Assembly: GCA_037386545.1 (NCBI GenBank)
Contig: JARRLY010000011.1
Coordinates: forward strand, 998 to 64,997
DNA from: Candidatus Bathyarchaeota archaeon
GTDB taxonomy: Archaea; Thermoproteota; Bathyarchaeia; Bathyarchaeales; Bathyarchaeaceae
Reading direction: 5' to 3'
DNA: 64,000 nucleotides
A program made the position numbers and the translations under genes. How positions within the stretch are numbered: position 1 is the stretch's first letter; each line of letters begins with the position of its first letter. The notes below the pieces were generated by a model that was not told the origin of the DNA, did no database searches, and saw only the letters and a program-made list of their open reading frames with translations. Of this stretch, positions 26,908 through 36,846 are shown piece after piece.

Positions 26908-27868
26908 CACCTTTGTATCGTGGGTCTTTTTCTAGTTCATGTAGGCGTTTAATGTCCACTTCAGTTAACGGGTCAGTGGGCAACTTGTAATCCACAATAT
27001 CAGTAGCGTAAACTCCGCTCCATTTTGCGTCAGGAGTAGTTAATCCCCTAAGATGAGCAGCATTTGCTGAGCCCGAAATAATAACCATTGCAATGTGCAT
27101 TCCCCAGGGGTCACCATCAGTGAAAATATAAACTGGAAGGTCTAGTTCTTGATTCAAACGATTAAGATAATGGCGAGTTGCTCGAGGGGCTTGACCTGCA
27201 CACAAAACTAAAAGTGCATTGAATTTTTCGTGAACTCGTTCTTCAATAAATCTAGTAAACAAACCACCTTTCTCGATGGCGATTACTTTGTCACATTTAT
27301 TTTGTGCAAACTCAGAAGAAACAACAGAAGGCCCAAGCATAACACCATCAGGATGTGATGTCATGTTCAATTTTTTCCCCTCATATCCCGGAACGGTGTA
27401 TTCAATTGTTAAATCTCCAAACAAAGCAGAACGTTCTTCAGGATAGACATTGAAGTCTTCTCGAGCAAACCCTGTTGTAGTTTCTAGGTCAGTTAATATG
27501 TTATTTGATTCAGGTTGGTCTTTAAAGGTCATCTCGTAAGCTTGGGCGGAATAATACACATCCCTGAGGGTTGAGGTTTTTCTATTTTTCACTAATTCGC
27601 TAGCAAAAAAACCAGCCCAAACCATCTGGGTGAAGGGCTTAATGTGACGAATGTTTCGTGCGTTGCGTTTAACATGTCGTTCGCCTAAAATATACTGTCG
27701 CTCTTCAGGACTGTAACGAATGTTTTCAGTGGAACGACTGGGCATTTCAACTGTAGGAAACTGACCTTTTTCCATCTGCTCGTAAAGTTCGCCACCAAAG
27801 TCTCTAAGGTCTTTGAGAACTTTTTCACTTCTCTTTTTCGCTGTATTTTCATTTTCCTTGTTTATCAT
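26774..27868 (-). CDS. top6A: DNA topoisomerase VI subunit A (Spo11-like), with an aberrant C-terminus caused by the palindrome
   Basis: Winged helix with catalytic Tyr region (YYSAQAY) and a Toprim segment ([19 protein letters not shown]). The ORF ends ...[19 protein letters not shown] instead of the expected ...YLPxKL-type tail. Confidence 0.9.
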   Translation of the reverse strand: MINKENENTAKKRSEKVLKDLRDFGGELYEQMEKGQFPTVEMPSRSTENIRYSPEERQYILGERHVKRNARNIRHIKPFTQMVWAGFFASELVKNRKTSTLRDVYYSAQAYEMTFKDQPESNNILTDLETTTGFAREDFNVYPEERSALFGDLTIEYTVPGYEGKKLNMTSHPDGVMLGPSVVSSEFAQNKCDKVIAIEKGGLFTRFIEERVHEKFNALLVLCAGQAPRATRHYLNRLNQELDLPVYIFTDGDPWGMHIAMVIISGSANAAHLRGLTTPDAKWSGVYATDIVDYKLPTDPLTEVDIKRLHELEKDPRYKGELWKREIKTFLKIKKKAEQEAFSRYGLTYIVFKFCRQILIHNVG

Positions 27869-29603
27869 ATTTCCTCACACTTTTCAATAACAACTCAATA
27901 TCTGGTGGCGATTTCTTTTGAGCCAAATCAGTAGAAAATCTTGCTATCTTAGGCAAATATTTTGAGAAAACAGTTAACCGTTTCTTCTCTTTAGCTACAT
28001 GCTCCCTTTTAGCTAAAAAGGTCTGCAAACGACGGGAAACTTCACGAATTCCATTCAAAATTTCGCTTTTTACTTCAGGTCGGTCTGCAATAAACTCCTT
28101 ACCAACAGTCTTGTAAGGAACCTTAGTACTACACAAGTGAACCAAAATCGCAATAGGCATACCAGAAGCAACTTTGTATCGCCTCCAGTTCATGGATCTA
28201 ATTACCCGAACGGAAACGTCACTTGCTTCATCATACAATAACGGAATTTTGTTAGCAAAACGGTAAACAACAATATCATCTTTTTTCGGAATGTTGCCGC
28301 CATATGCAATTGCCGTTTCCACAATGAAAGGATGACCCGCATAAGTAGAGGGTTTTCGTTGACTAACTGCAACAAAGTCCGGCTTTAGTTCCTTAAGAAT
28401 ACCGGCCTTCAACAAATCTTCGCCCAAAGGAGACAAACAACTAGCATCCGGAGGCAAAAAGTCAGGATAGTTTTTCATCTTTCGGACGAGTTTCACAATT
28501 TCCGTAGGTTTGAGTTTCTTTGGGTTTTTACTTCGTACCATTTTAGCTGATGAAAGCAAACGAAGAATCTTACTGCGGTCAACTTTTGGATATAGAGATA
28601 CAAGAAAATCAGCCATATTGTGCTTCTTTGTTTTCTTCAGTAATGCTTTAAGTTTTTTCTCATCAAGCTTTCCGAAAATCCTTCTATATTTTGCTGACTT
28701 GTTGTTAGTTTCTAAAAGCTGAGCCACAGTTTCATCCTTTATTCTTTTAGGGTCAGGGGTTCGTAAAAATTCTGCAAAATCCAAAAAACTAAGAGAAGTC
28801 CCGGCTCCAACTCTGTGGAAATGTTTACGCATAAAATCTATCAAGTTTTTAGAATTAGTAACCCGAATAAGCCGCTGAAGGGTTTCAACATCTACTCCAT
28901 AAGGATGAGCCAACGTTTCTGTTGGTGGAGGGGGCATCTTATCTGTGACCTTGTTAAACATGTACAATCTGCCTTTTGGGTCTACAAATTTGATGTCAGC
29001 GTATGGAGTTAAAAGAGCTGTTTGTTTGAGGTATTCCAAAATCTTGGACATGGCTCGATAGTAATCACCCTCAAGAGAATATTCAACAATGGTTCCACGC
29101 CATTTTTCCTTGTTTCTTCGAGTTTTGCGGTCCATTATAACAGGGCGGTTTCGTTGTATGTCAATCATCATTTTAAATTCATAGACTTTATTCCCGCCAG
29201 TGCTGGACTTGATGATGACTGGTTTATGAGTAGTAATCTGACCATATAGAATGGACATTTTCCCACCCAGACCAAAAGTTCCACGAGCTTGTTTGAGTTT
29301 GTAATTTGAACCAAACAAAACTTGACCAAAAGCTGACGGAATATGACGAGGCGCGATTCCCGAGCCATTGTCCATGACCATCAGTCGATACACTCCATTT
29401 CCAGATTCTGTACCGGGGTGATCTTCTTCAGTTAGACGCACATACACTTCAGGGGGTACATTAATCTGGTCAGCAGAATCCAAAGAGTTTTCTACAATCT
29501 CTCGGACGGAAACAAAAACTGCACGAGACGGATTTGTGAATCCTGCAATATCCCGGTTACGATAAAAGAAGTCTGCTGGACTGATTTCTTGGAAGGTTAC
29601 CAA
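27849..29603 (-). CDS. top6B: DNA topoisomerase VI subunit B (GHKL ATPase)
   Basis: Bergerat-fold motifs EIVENSLDS, MDNGSGI and GTFGLGG, plus a transducer domain. It overlaps the top6A start by 20 nt. Confidence 0.9.
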   Translation of the reverse strand: MVTFQEISPADFFYRNRDIAGFTNPSRAVFVSVREIVENSLDSADQINVPPEVYVRLTEEDHPGTESGNGVYRLMVMDNGSGIAPRHIPSAFGQVLFGSNYKLKQARGTFGLGGKMSILYGQITTHKPVIIKSSTGGNKVYEFKMMIDIQRNRPVIMDRKTRRNKEKWRGTIVEYSLEGDYYRAMSKILEYLKQTALLTPYADIKFVDPKGRLYMFNKVTDKMPPPPTETLAHPYGVDVETLQRLIRVTNSKNLIDFMRKHFHRVGAGTSLSFLDFAEFLRTPDPKRIKDETVAQLLETNNKSAKYRRIFGKLDEKKLKALLKKTKKHNMADFLVSLYPKVDRSKILRLLSSAKMVRSKNPKKLKPTEIVKLVRKMKNYPDFLPPDASCLSPLGEDLLKAGILKELKPDFVAVSQRKPSTYAGHPFIVETAIAYGGNIPKKDDIVVYRFANKIPLLYDEASDVSVRVIRSMNWRRYKVASGMPIAILVHLCSTKVPYKTVGKEFIADRPEVKSEILNGIREVSRRLQTFLAKREHVAKEKKRLTVFSKYLPKIARFSTDLAQKKSPPDIELLLKSVRKYDKQGK

Positions 29604-29827
29604 GTTCGGTCTCCACCGCCCCTAGAAATTCTATGCTGCAAATGTTTTTCTGCAACTGTGTTTGCATTGTGAATGAGCTTTTTTTGACAGTGAACTGCCT
29701 CAGAACGGCATTGTATGATATATAGCAACATGGCAGGGTCATTCTTAGTTTTGTATGATATATATTTCAATGTTTTTGTAAAATTTAAAGATTCACAATA
29801 CACCAGTGTTTTAAGATTTGTATTAAG

Positions 29828-30433
29828 TTAGATTTTAGACCTTGGTTCCCATAATTGTAGCCGTTGTTTTTTTAGTTCACTGCGTTTTTTGTGCAAGAAG
29901 CGATACACACTTCCATGAAGACTCCCACCAAGTAACATGTTCACTGCTTCTCGCGCGATAGAAGATTGTTCAGGGTAACCTATGATGGAAACAGTATGAC
30001 CATAAATGGAAATATTTGCTTCACTTAATTCTTCAATTATCTTTCGAGTTTTTCCCTCTTTTCCGATTACTCGACCTTTTATCCGCTTCAAATCAGATGC
30101 AGACCGCCCTACAATATCCCTCAAGTCAATAACTTCAAAGGTAACTTCTTCGTCGTCAAGCAAACGAAAAGCAGGCTCAGGAGCAAAGCCCCGCCCGATG
30201 GCAGTTACAACTTCTTTAGCACGAAACAGAACTGTTGGGTCCTCCGCTGTTACTGGAAGGGTAATCTGAACAGTTCCATTTTCACTGTCCACATCCAATT
30301 GAACACCCAACTTTCGCTCAATTATAGTTTTCACTGTACCATCTGGACCAACAAGAGCACCAATCCGATTCCCCGGAATTTTAACGTAACTTTTACTTCC
30401 GTCCACCTGTAACCCTCTCATACATTTCTTCAA
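29828..30433 (-). CDS. Two-KH-domain RNA-processing protein (aDim2/Pno1-like)
   Basis: IGALVGPDGTVKTIIE and VIGKEGKTRKIIEE KH GxxG loops, in the conserved neighbourhood with rio1 and aIF2-beta. The start is uncertain because the ORF overlaps the rio1 3' end. Confidence 0.75.
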   Translation of the reverse strand: MKKCMRGLQVDGSKSYVKIPGNRIGALVGPDGTVKTIIERKLGVQLDVDSENGTVQITLPVTAEDPTVLFRAKEVVTAIGRGFAPEPAFRLLDDEEVTFEVIDLRDIVGRSASDLKRIKGRVIGKEGKTRKIIEELSEANISIYGHTVSIIGYPEQSSIAREAVNMLLGGSLHGSVYRFLHKKRSELKKQRLQLWEPRSKI

Positions 30434-31187
30434 CAGATTCCACGCTTGGAACTAACCTTTTAAAGTATCTGCGAATGTTTTTCAAATCCCGCCGCAGAAA
30501 CTTGTCTGCCATGGGATGACTGGTCAACACAGATTGGGCAACATCAAAAACCACGGGTTTTCCTTTCCACATCATTATGTTGTATTCACTTAGGTCCGCG
30601 TGCACTAACCCCGCTTTAGTGTAAAGGCGTTTTATATAAGTCAACAATAGTTTGAAAACTTTTTGTGGGTCTTCCAATTCACTTTCTTTCAACAGAGGGG
30701 CCCGTTCACCATTTTTACCAATAAACTCCATTACTAGAACGTTCTTTTGTACCACAATTGGATCAGGAACTTTGACTTTTGCTTCGTGGGCACGTTGCAA
30801 ATTCTTGTATTCCTTTTGAGCCCAAGTATAAATCAACGAACGTGTGTCCCTGCGGACATGAGCAAATCTTTGGTCGCCTTCAATATAGGGAAGCATTCCT
30901 TTCTTAAACTCTGCAGAACTAGTTAGATAAATTTTGACGGCTAAATCGTTTCCTTGAAGATCTTTACCCAAGTAGATTCGAGCTTCTTTTCCCGCATTCA
31001 CTACTCCATGAATTTCATCGATTATGCCCTTATTCATTAAATCATAAATAGTCATTACAGTGGATTTGTCAAAAACTTCTTCGATAACTTGGTAGTCTTC
31101 GCTCCGCTTGTTTTTCATCAAAGAGCCAATTTCATAGGCTCGTTGCTTGCGGTCGAGCTTCTTATCCACTTTGTCTCGAAAAGACAC
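30393..31187 (-). CDS. rio1: RIO-type serine protein kinase (Rio1-like)
   Basis: GVVNAGKEARIY, LAVKIY, VMEFIG and catalytic LVHADLSEYNIM motifs. Confidence 0.9.
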   Translation of the reverse strand: MSFRDKVDKKLDRKQRAYEIGSLMKNKRSEDYQVIEEVFDKSTVMTIYDLMNKGIIDEIHGVVNAGKEARIYLGKDLQGNDLAVKIYLTSSAEFKKGMLPYIEGDQRFAHVRRDTRSLIYTWAQKEYKNLQRAHEAKVKVPDPIVVQKNVLVMEFIGKNGERAPLLKESELEDPQKVFKLLLTYIKRLYTKAGLVHADLSEYNIMMWKGKPVVFDVAQSVLTSHPMADKFLRRDLKNIRRYFKRLVPSVESVEEMYERVTGGRK

Positions 31188-31278
31188 GACAGATCATCCT
31201 ACACAGCAGTGACAAAAAAGCCCCTAATTAGCTTTGTCTGCAAAATTTAATTAAAAAAGAAATCAAAGAAACACACAA

Positions 31279-31575
31279 TTAGACTTTGAGGATTTGTGCA
31301 TGAGGTATTCCACAAATGTCGAGAACTGCCTCAGGGTGAACTAGACCTTTTTCTATGGCTTTTTTTACGATGTTTGGTCCAACTAGGTTCACTACTGTTG
31401 ATTCTTCCATCAAACTAACTGCATCATCTAAAGGAACCTTTGAGCCTTTGTAGAATTCTTCTTTAATTTTGAAAACGATTTTACCGTCTTTTAGAACTTG
31501 ACCTAACAGCTCTTCATCACAGGCTGCAAGAAGCACATGTTCCCCACATTTGCTTAGTTTTGTGTAGACTTCCAA
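31279..31575 (-). CDS. DUF424-like small archaeal protein
   Basis: A 98-aa protein (HVLLAACDEELLG...VVNLVGPNIV...IPHAQI) located between aIF2-beta and rio1, as in many archaea. Confidence 0.55.
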   Translation of the reverse strand: MEVYTKLSKCGEHVLLAACDEELLGQVLKDGKIVFKIKEEFYKGSKVPLDDAVSLMEESTVVNLVGPNIVKKAIEKGLVHPEAVLDICGIPHAQILKV

Positions 31576-31586
31576 GGTTAAGAGCT

Positions 31587-31991
31587 CTACAAAGTTGATA
31601 TGGAAGACCTTGCTCCGCAGGCTTCACAGACCAAAAATAAGAACCGTTTGTCTTTAACAATTTTTGTGTCTGGACGGGAGCAAACAGGGCAAACCACGAA
31701 TTCTTTAATGTATCTTTTAGTAAGTCGCTCAAAAGTATCTGAATAGAATTTTCCTTGAAAGATTGCTCGGTTTCTTTGCATTGTTGCTGCAGTTGCCATT
31801 TCTTTTGAAAAGAACTTGAGAACATGACGAGGGTCACGATTAAGTGCATCACATATGTCTTTAAAGTTGGCAAGAATTGTTCGCATACCATTGATGAAGC
31901 TTCGTGGTTGAGGTACTTCAAACCGTTTGTGTTCACAGATATCTGAAGGAAGCTGTGATTGAGCTCGTTCAAGTAATTCGTTGTAGTCCAT
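31587..31991 (-). CDS. eif2b: Translation initiation factor aIF2 beta subunit
   Basis: YNELLERA...RFEVP...DPRHVLKFFSKEMATA and a C-terminal zinc ribbon CPVCSRPDT...CEACGA. Confidence 0.9.
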   Translation of the reverse strand: MDYNELLERAQSQLPSDICEHKRFEVPQPRSFINGMRTILANFKDICDALNRDPRHVLKFFSKEMATAATMQRNRAIFQGKFYSDTFERLTKRYIKEFVVCPVCSRPDTKIVKDKRFLFLVCEACGARSSISTL

Positions 31992-32142
31992 CCCTAACGC
32001 CTACTCTACAGGAGATTTACGCCAAATAAAAGCCCTTCCCTTTTTCTAAGACCCCAAGTTCAACATTTTGTTAACAGTAAAGCAAGACGCAGAAAATGCT
32101 TAAATCTTAACTTGACAATCGGGTAATGAAGAAAGTTACGGA

Positions 32143-32220
32143 GGGCCCGTAGCTCAGTTCGGTTAGAGCGCCAGGCTCATAACCTGGTGGTCGCTGGTTC
32201 AAATCCGGCCGGGCCCACCA
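32143..32220 (+). tRNA. tRNA with CAT anticodon (elongator Met, or Ile2 if C34 is modified), CCA encoded
   Basis: Acceptor stem GGGCCCG/CGGGCCC, D-arm TAGCTCAGTTCGGTTAGAGC, anticodon loop CTCATAA, T-arm GGTTCAAATCC, discriminator A plus CCA. Confidence 0.9.
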
Positions 32221-32261
32221 TCCTTTTGTAGAAAAAAGATTTACTCAGAATTATACACAAT

Positions 32262-33473
32262 TTGAGTAAGGAAGACCACAACATGAAAACAGAGCTTGAT
32301 AGCATTCTAGAGGAAAATAATGTAGAGTCCTTGTTTTTGTATTCAGATAGCTCACGAGACGCTAACATGTACTATCTTACACAATTTTTTGCTCCAGATC
32401 CATTCATTTATTTGAAAAAAATCAATAAAGACCCACTAATAATAGTCAGTCAGATGGAAGTTTCACGGGCACAAAAGCAGTCAACTGTAAAAAATGTGAA
32501 ATCTTATTTTGATTATAGTTATCAGAAAGTTGTGAAGTCAGTAAAAAATCCTCATATAGGGAAGGCTAAGTTCATTGCACAAGTTGCAAAAAAGGAGTTA
32601 GGTATAGGTTCACAGATTTGTGTACCTTCAAATTTTCCGTTATTGGTTGCTGATTTTCTAAGAAAAGAAGGGTTAACAATTTCTCCAATGCAAGGGGTTG
32701 TTGAAAAAGCCCGAGAAACCAAAGATCCTCAAGAAGTTGAGGTAATCAAAAAGATACAACAGATTAACGAGAAGGTTACGTCTGAAGCAATAGATTTGGT
32801 TGCTAATTCAGATGTTGGGGCCAACAAAACGTTGTTGTATAAGGGTGAAGCGTTAACTGTGGGCAGGATGAAAGCGTTTTTTGGTCAAAAGCTTTTAGAA
32901 AATGGTTGTTTGCCTGAAGAAGACATAATTGTAGCGTGTGGACGCAAAGGGTCTGATCCTCATTATTATGGTGAGCCAGATGACAAACTCAAAGCAAACC
33001 AACCGATAATCTTGGATATTTATCCGCAAAGCATTCAGAAACGTTACTGGACAGACATGACGAGAACCATAGTGAAAGGAAAAGCTTCAACTGAGGTCAA
33101 GAAGATGTTTGGCACTGTTTTTGAGGCAAAGAATGCTTCGTTGGATGCAGTTCATGCGGGTGCTGTTGGAACCCAAGTTTACGATGTTTGTTGTGACGTA
33201 TTAGAGAAGAACGGTTATCAAACTACTCGAAACGGGCAAAAGGTAACATCAGGTATGACTCATGGATTAGGTCATGGTGTGGGGTTGCAGATTCATGAGA
33301 GCCCTAGAATTAACGAGCTTTCTGGTTCTCCACTAAAAGAACATGTTGTTGTAACTATTGAGCCAGGAATCTACAACCCAAAAGTTGGTGGATTACGGTT
33401 AGAAGATATTATTGAAGTGACAAAATCAGGTTACAATAATTTCACAACCATGGAAACTCAACTGGAAATCTAA
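32262..33473 (+). CDS. M24-family Xaa-Pro aminopeptidase/prolidase
   Basis: Pita-bread metal ligands in the context ILDIYPQ...YWTDMTRT, HGLGHGVGLQIHESP, EPGIY and GGLRLEDI. Confidence 0.85.
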   Translation: MSKEDHNMKTELDSILEENNVESLFLYSDSSRDANMYYLTQFFAPDPFIYLKKINKDPLIIVSQMEVSRAQKQSTVKNVKSYFDYSYQKVVKSVKNPHIGKAKFIAQVAKKELGIGSQICVPSNFPLLVADFLRKEGLTISPMQGVVEKARETKDPQEVEVIKKIQQINEKVTSEAIDLVANSDVGANKTLLYKGEALTVGRMKAFFGQKLLENGCLPEEDIIVACGRKGSDPHYYGEPDDKLKANQPIILDIYPQSIQKRYWTDMTRTIVKGKASTEVKKMFGTVFEAKNASLDAVHAGAVGTQVYDVCCDVLEKNGYQTTRNGQKVTSGMTHGLGHGVGLQIHESPRINELSGSPLKEHVVVTIEPGIYNPKVGGLRLEDIIEVTKSGYNNFTTMETQLEI

Positions 33474-33563
33474 ATTTCCAATTTGTTTGAGTTAAAAAAA
33501 TGAAGATTATACTTATCTAGTTGGGTTACCTCTTTTTTCAAGGTTATTGGCGGAGGATTAAGG

Positions 33564-35363
33564 TTGAGTTTTGCAAAACAGGCTCTTTTTGTGGATTTGG
33601 CAACTGGAAAAGCTGAAGCTAAACCCTTAGACGAAAAAATGTTAAAGGATTACATTGGAGGCGTAGGCCTTGGAGCAAAACTATGGTTGGACAATTCCAA
33701 GCAAGGAGTAGATGCTTTTGCTGCAGAGAATCCAATTATTTTTGTTACCGGTGCACTTACGGGCACTATTTCTCCGTTAGGTGGCAATGGTTATGCACTT
33801 GTTTCCAAGTCTCCCTTAACTGAAACAGTTTGTGCGGCAAAGACTCACGGGTTCTTTGGGGCAGAACTCAAACAAGCAGGATATGATGCAGTAGTTCTGA
33901 CAGGTAAGTCTGAAAAATTGGTTTACTTGTGGATTGATGATGACTCTGTTGAGTTAGTTGATGCTTCTCGTTTATCGGGTAAATCTCCTCAAGAAACAGC
34001 CGAAGCAATCAAAGATGAACAAGAAGATTGCTATATTCGCGTTAGCGCAGTTGGGAAAGCTGCAGAAAAGCTTGTTCGGTTTGCCTGTATAATCAATGAT
34101 GATCAGCAAGTTGCTGGTCGAGGGGGAATGGGCGCAGTTTTAGGTTCCAAAAACGTGAAAGCTGTTGCTGTTCGGGGAACAAAAGATGTGAGTGTTCCAA
34201 AATACAAGGTATTCACAGAGTTTGTAGAAAACGTTTTTGAGCGCATGAAAGAACCCCAAGCTCGGAACTACAGACATCTAGGAAGTTCTGACGAGCTAAT
34301 TGCGTTAAATCGTTTGGGGGCTTTGCCTACCCGCAACTTTTCGCAAGCTAGTTTTGATAAAATAAAAAACATTACTGGTGAATCTTTGAAGTTTTATGTG
34401 CAAAAGGTTGTGGGCTCCTCTACATGTGGTTTGCGTTTTGATTGTTTGGCTACTGTTCCTGACGGAAAATATGCTGGAGCTACTGCAAACCTAAAGTTTG
34501 AAGGTTTGTGGGCGGTTGGGCCTCTTTGTGGTGTTGATCGATTAGATGCAATTATTGAAGCAATCAACTTGTGCAACCAGTACGGTTTAGATGTAATTTC
34601 TGTTGGGGGTGCAGTTGCTTTTGCTATGGATCTTTATGAAAACAAGATTTTAACGGATGAAGAAACTGAAGGTTTGAATCTTAATTTTGGTAATCATGAG
34701 GGTTGGTTGGGTCAGGTTCTTGGTGGAGGAACCAAAAGAGCAGCAGAAAAGATTGGTAAAGATGCAAATAAGTATGCGAATCATGTTAAGGGCTTAGAGC
34801 TTCAGGGTTATGACCTTAGGTCACTTGAGACTGCGGCGTTAGGTGTTGCGGTTTCATCTTGTGGGGTGCGTTCTGGGGTTTATGCTCGTTTGTTTGACAT
34901 TAACGGGAAAGTTGACAGTTTAAAAGGTCAAGGAAAATGTGTTGCAGAAACGGAAGATTTGTACAATGTTATTGATTCTTTGATTTTATGCAAATATTCT
35001 AGTCGGGTTATTGATGGATTCAAGGACATGGCAGAATACTTCAGGTTAGCTACTGGTTTTGAAGTAACAAAACAGGACTTGATAAAATCAGGTGAACGTG
35101 TAAAAAATCTTGTTCGGGTCATCAATGTTCGGGAAGGCAAAGGAACTCGAAGTGATGACGCTTTGCCGTGGAAGATAACAAATGTAACGGTTTCAGATGA
35201 AGGCCCTTCAAAGGGTGCTGTTTTGACCCAAAAAGAGCTTGACAGTGGATTAGATGATTACTATAGGGTTCGGGGTTGGAGCAATCAAGGTGTTCCTACA
35301 GTTGCCAAGCTTAAGGAGATGGGATTAAGTGAGCTCAGTAAGTTTGTGGAGAAACAAAAATAG
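33564..35363 (+). CDS. aor: Aldehyde:ferredoxin oxidoreductase family (tungstopterin) enzyme
   Basis: N-terminal AOR domain (DYIGGVGLGAKLW, FVTGALTG), GRGGMGAVLGSKNVKAV, and C-terminal LPWKI...YYRVRGW. Confidence 0.85.
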   Translation: MSFAKQALFVDLATGKAEAKPLDEKMLKDYIGGVGLGAKLWLDNSKQGVDAFAAENPIIFVTGALTGTISPLGGNGYALVSKSPLTETVCAAKTHGFFGAELKQAGYDAVVLTGKSEKLVYLWIDDDSVELVDASRLSGKSPQETAEAIKDEQEDCYIRVSAVGKAAEKLVRFACIINDDQQVAGRGGMGAVLGSKNVKAVAVRGTKDVSVPKYKVFTEFVENVFERMKEPQARNYRHLGSSDELIALNRLGALPTRNFSQASFDKIKNITGESLKFYVQKVVGSSTCGLRFDCLATVPDGKYAGATANLKFEGLWAVGPLCGVDRLDAIIEAINLCNQYGLDVISVGGAVAFAMDLYENKILTDEETEGLNLNFGNHEGWLGQVLGGGTKRAAEKIGKDANKYANHVKGLELQGYDLRSLETAALGVAVSSCGVRSGVYARLFDINGKVDSLKGQGKCVAETEDLYNVIDSLILCKYSSRVIDGFKDMAEYFRLATGFEVTKQDLIKSGERVKNLVRVINVREGKGTRSDDALPWKITNVTVSDEGPSKGAVLTQKELDSGLDDYYRVRGWSNQGVPTVAKLKEMGLSELSKFVEKQK

Positions 35364-35869
35364 TGGAGGCGATAAGGTTGTCCGAAAATAAAGACAAAAA
35401 GTTGGTTAATTGTGATGCTTCCAAGTGTACGGGTTGTCGAATTTGTGAGTATGCATGTTCGATGAAAAAAGAGAAAACCTACAACCCAACCAAGTCCCGT
35501 ATTCGGGCCATTCGTTTGAATCCGTTTGTTAATTTGGCGGTTTCTTGTCGGTTGTGTGAAGATGCTCCGTGTGTAGTTGCTTGTCCTAGGGATGCTTTAG
35601 AACAGGATGAAGAAACGGGCGTCATTAAAGTAGATGAAGAAAAATGCAACGGTTGCGGCTGGTGCATAGAAGCTTGTGATTATGGGGCTCTTGAGTTGCA
35701 TCCGGAAACCAAGCAGGTCTTTGTCTGTGACCTGTGTGATGGTGAGCCAGAATGTGTAAAATGGTGTCCTGAAGGTGCTTTAGAGTTTACGTCCAAGGAT
35801 GATGTTTCGGAGAAGACTCGAATAACTGCCATTAAGAAGCTATTTCAGAATGCCCTAAAAACAGAGTGA
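35363..35869 (+). CDS. 4Fe-4S multi-cluster ferredoxin-type subunit (AOR-associated)
   Basis: CTGCRICEYAC, CRLCEDAPCVVACP, CNGCGWCIEAC and CDLCDGEPECVKWCP cluster motifs. The start overlaps the aor stop. Confidence 0.8.
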   Translation: MEAIRLSENKDKKLVNCDASKCTGCRICEYACSMKKEKTYNPTKSRIRAIRLNPFVNLAVSCRLCEDAPCVVACPRDALEQDEETGVIKVDEEKCNGCGWCIEACDYGALELHPETKQVFVCDLCDGEPECVKWCPEGALEFTSKDDVSEKTRITAIKKLFQNALKTE

Positions 35870-36236
35870 TTATGGAAGCAAAGTTTTGAGTAATTCTGTA
35901 AAGTTTTCAGCCGTTTTTTTGAGGATTGGAGTTAAGCCTTCCCCAAAGTCTACGTTTACTGGTTGAATTATGAGAAGTGCAAGTTTGGCGTGGGCTGTTT
36001 GGGTTATGTAATCACAAAAGATTCGCAAGGGCAACGTGTGGGTTGAAATCGAAGTCATCTTTACGAAAGGGGTTTCCAACGCCTGCTACAACTACTTTTT
36101 GTGCACCTGAAAGCCATTTTTTTAACGATTCTTCAACTGTTTGTTCTTCAGAACCAGACAACAGCATAACCCAAAGGTAAAAGAGTGGCAAGGCAAATAA
36201 ATTTACAGTTCCAATATTTTTAAAAAAATTTTTCAA
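35870..36236 (-). pseudogene. Hydrogenase maturation endopeptidase (HycI/FrhD-like) with a frame break
   Basis: VVVAGVGNPFRKDD (the GNxxxxDD motif) is in one frame. LALLIIQPVNVDFGEGLTP (resembling the xxDAxxxGxxPG region) is in the next. Deleting one T from CTTTTGTGA (plus A4 at 36016-36019) joins them. Length is 3n+1. Confidence 0.55.
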
Positions 36237-36247
36237 AATACCCCCCT

Positions 36248-36263
36248 TATTAGTATCCTAATA
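36248..36263. promoter_or_regulatory. Palindromic site TATTAG-TATC-CTAATA (recurring 16-bp motif, perfect arms)
   Basis: Lies in the divergent intergenic region between the hydrogenase protease gene (-) and the FKBP gene (+). Confidence 0.35.
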
Positions 36264-36368
36264 TGATTGTGAATTCAGAAACTAAACGATTTTTTAGTTT
36301 AAACTAAAAATTGGGGTGAAGTAACTCTTATATGGAAAGCTGAGGGTGCCCAGTTTGGAGTTGTATTT

Positions 36369-36821
36369 TTGGCTATAGAAAACGGAAACGTCATAAAGAT
36401 GCATTATGATGCTAAAATTGACGACAAAGTAATTGATACTTCTCGGGATAAAGAACCACTTGAATTTAAAGTTGAATAAGGAAAAGTCCTCAAAGGATTA
36501 GATGAAGCAGTTGTTGGTCTTGATAATGGAACCAAAAAAATTGTTGTTATTCCGCCGGAAAAGGGGTACGGTTTACGAAAAGATGGACTGTTAACTGAAA
36601 TTGACCGAGACAAATCCAAGGAGCCTGAAACAGGCATTAAGGAAGATCATATTGTTTGTTATAAAACGGATTTGGGTGCACTCAAATATGCTACAGTAGC
36701 AAAAGTTGACGAAGAAAACATCACCTTAGACCTAAATCATCCTCTTGCTGGACAAACCATAACCTTTGATTTAGAAATTGTAGACGTAAAAAAACAACCA
36801 GATGATGCTACAAACGCGTAG
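36369..36821 (+). pseudogene. FKBP-type peptidyl-prolyl isomerase (SlyD-like) with an in-frame TAA
   Basis: TTG-start reading (M)AIENGNVIKMHYDAKIDDKVIDTSRDKEPLEFKVE*GKVLKGLDEAVVGLDNGTKKIVVIPPEKGYG...LNHPLAGQTITFDLEIVDV. The stop at 36477-36479 sits where family members have Glu (GAA). Confidence 0.7.
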
Positions 36822-36846
36822 CATTTTCATTTTTTGTTTTTTGTTA

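Noticed and set aside
31517-31972. 151-aa minus-strand ORF overlapping aIF2-beta in another frame
   Set aside because: The aIF2-beta frame has unmistakable family motifs, and the alternative frame has none.
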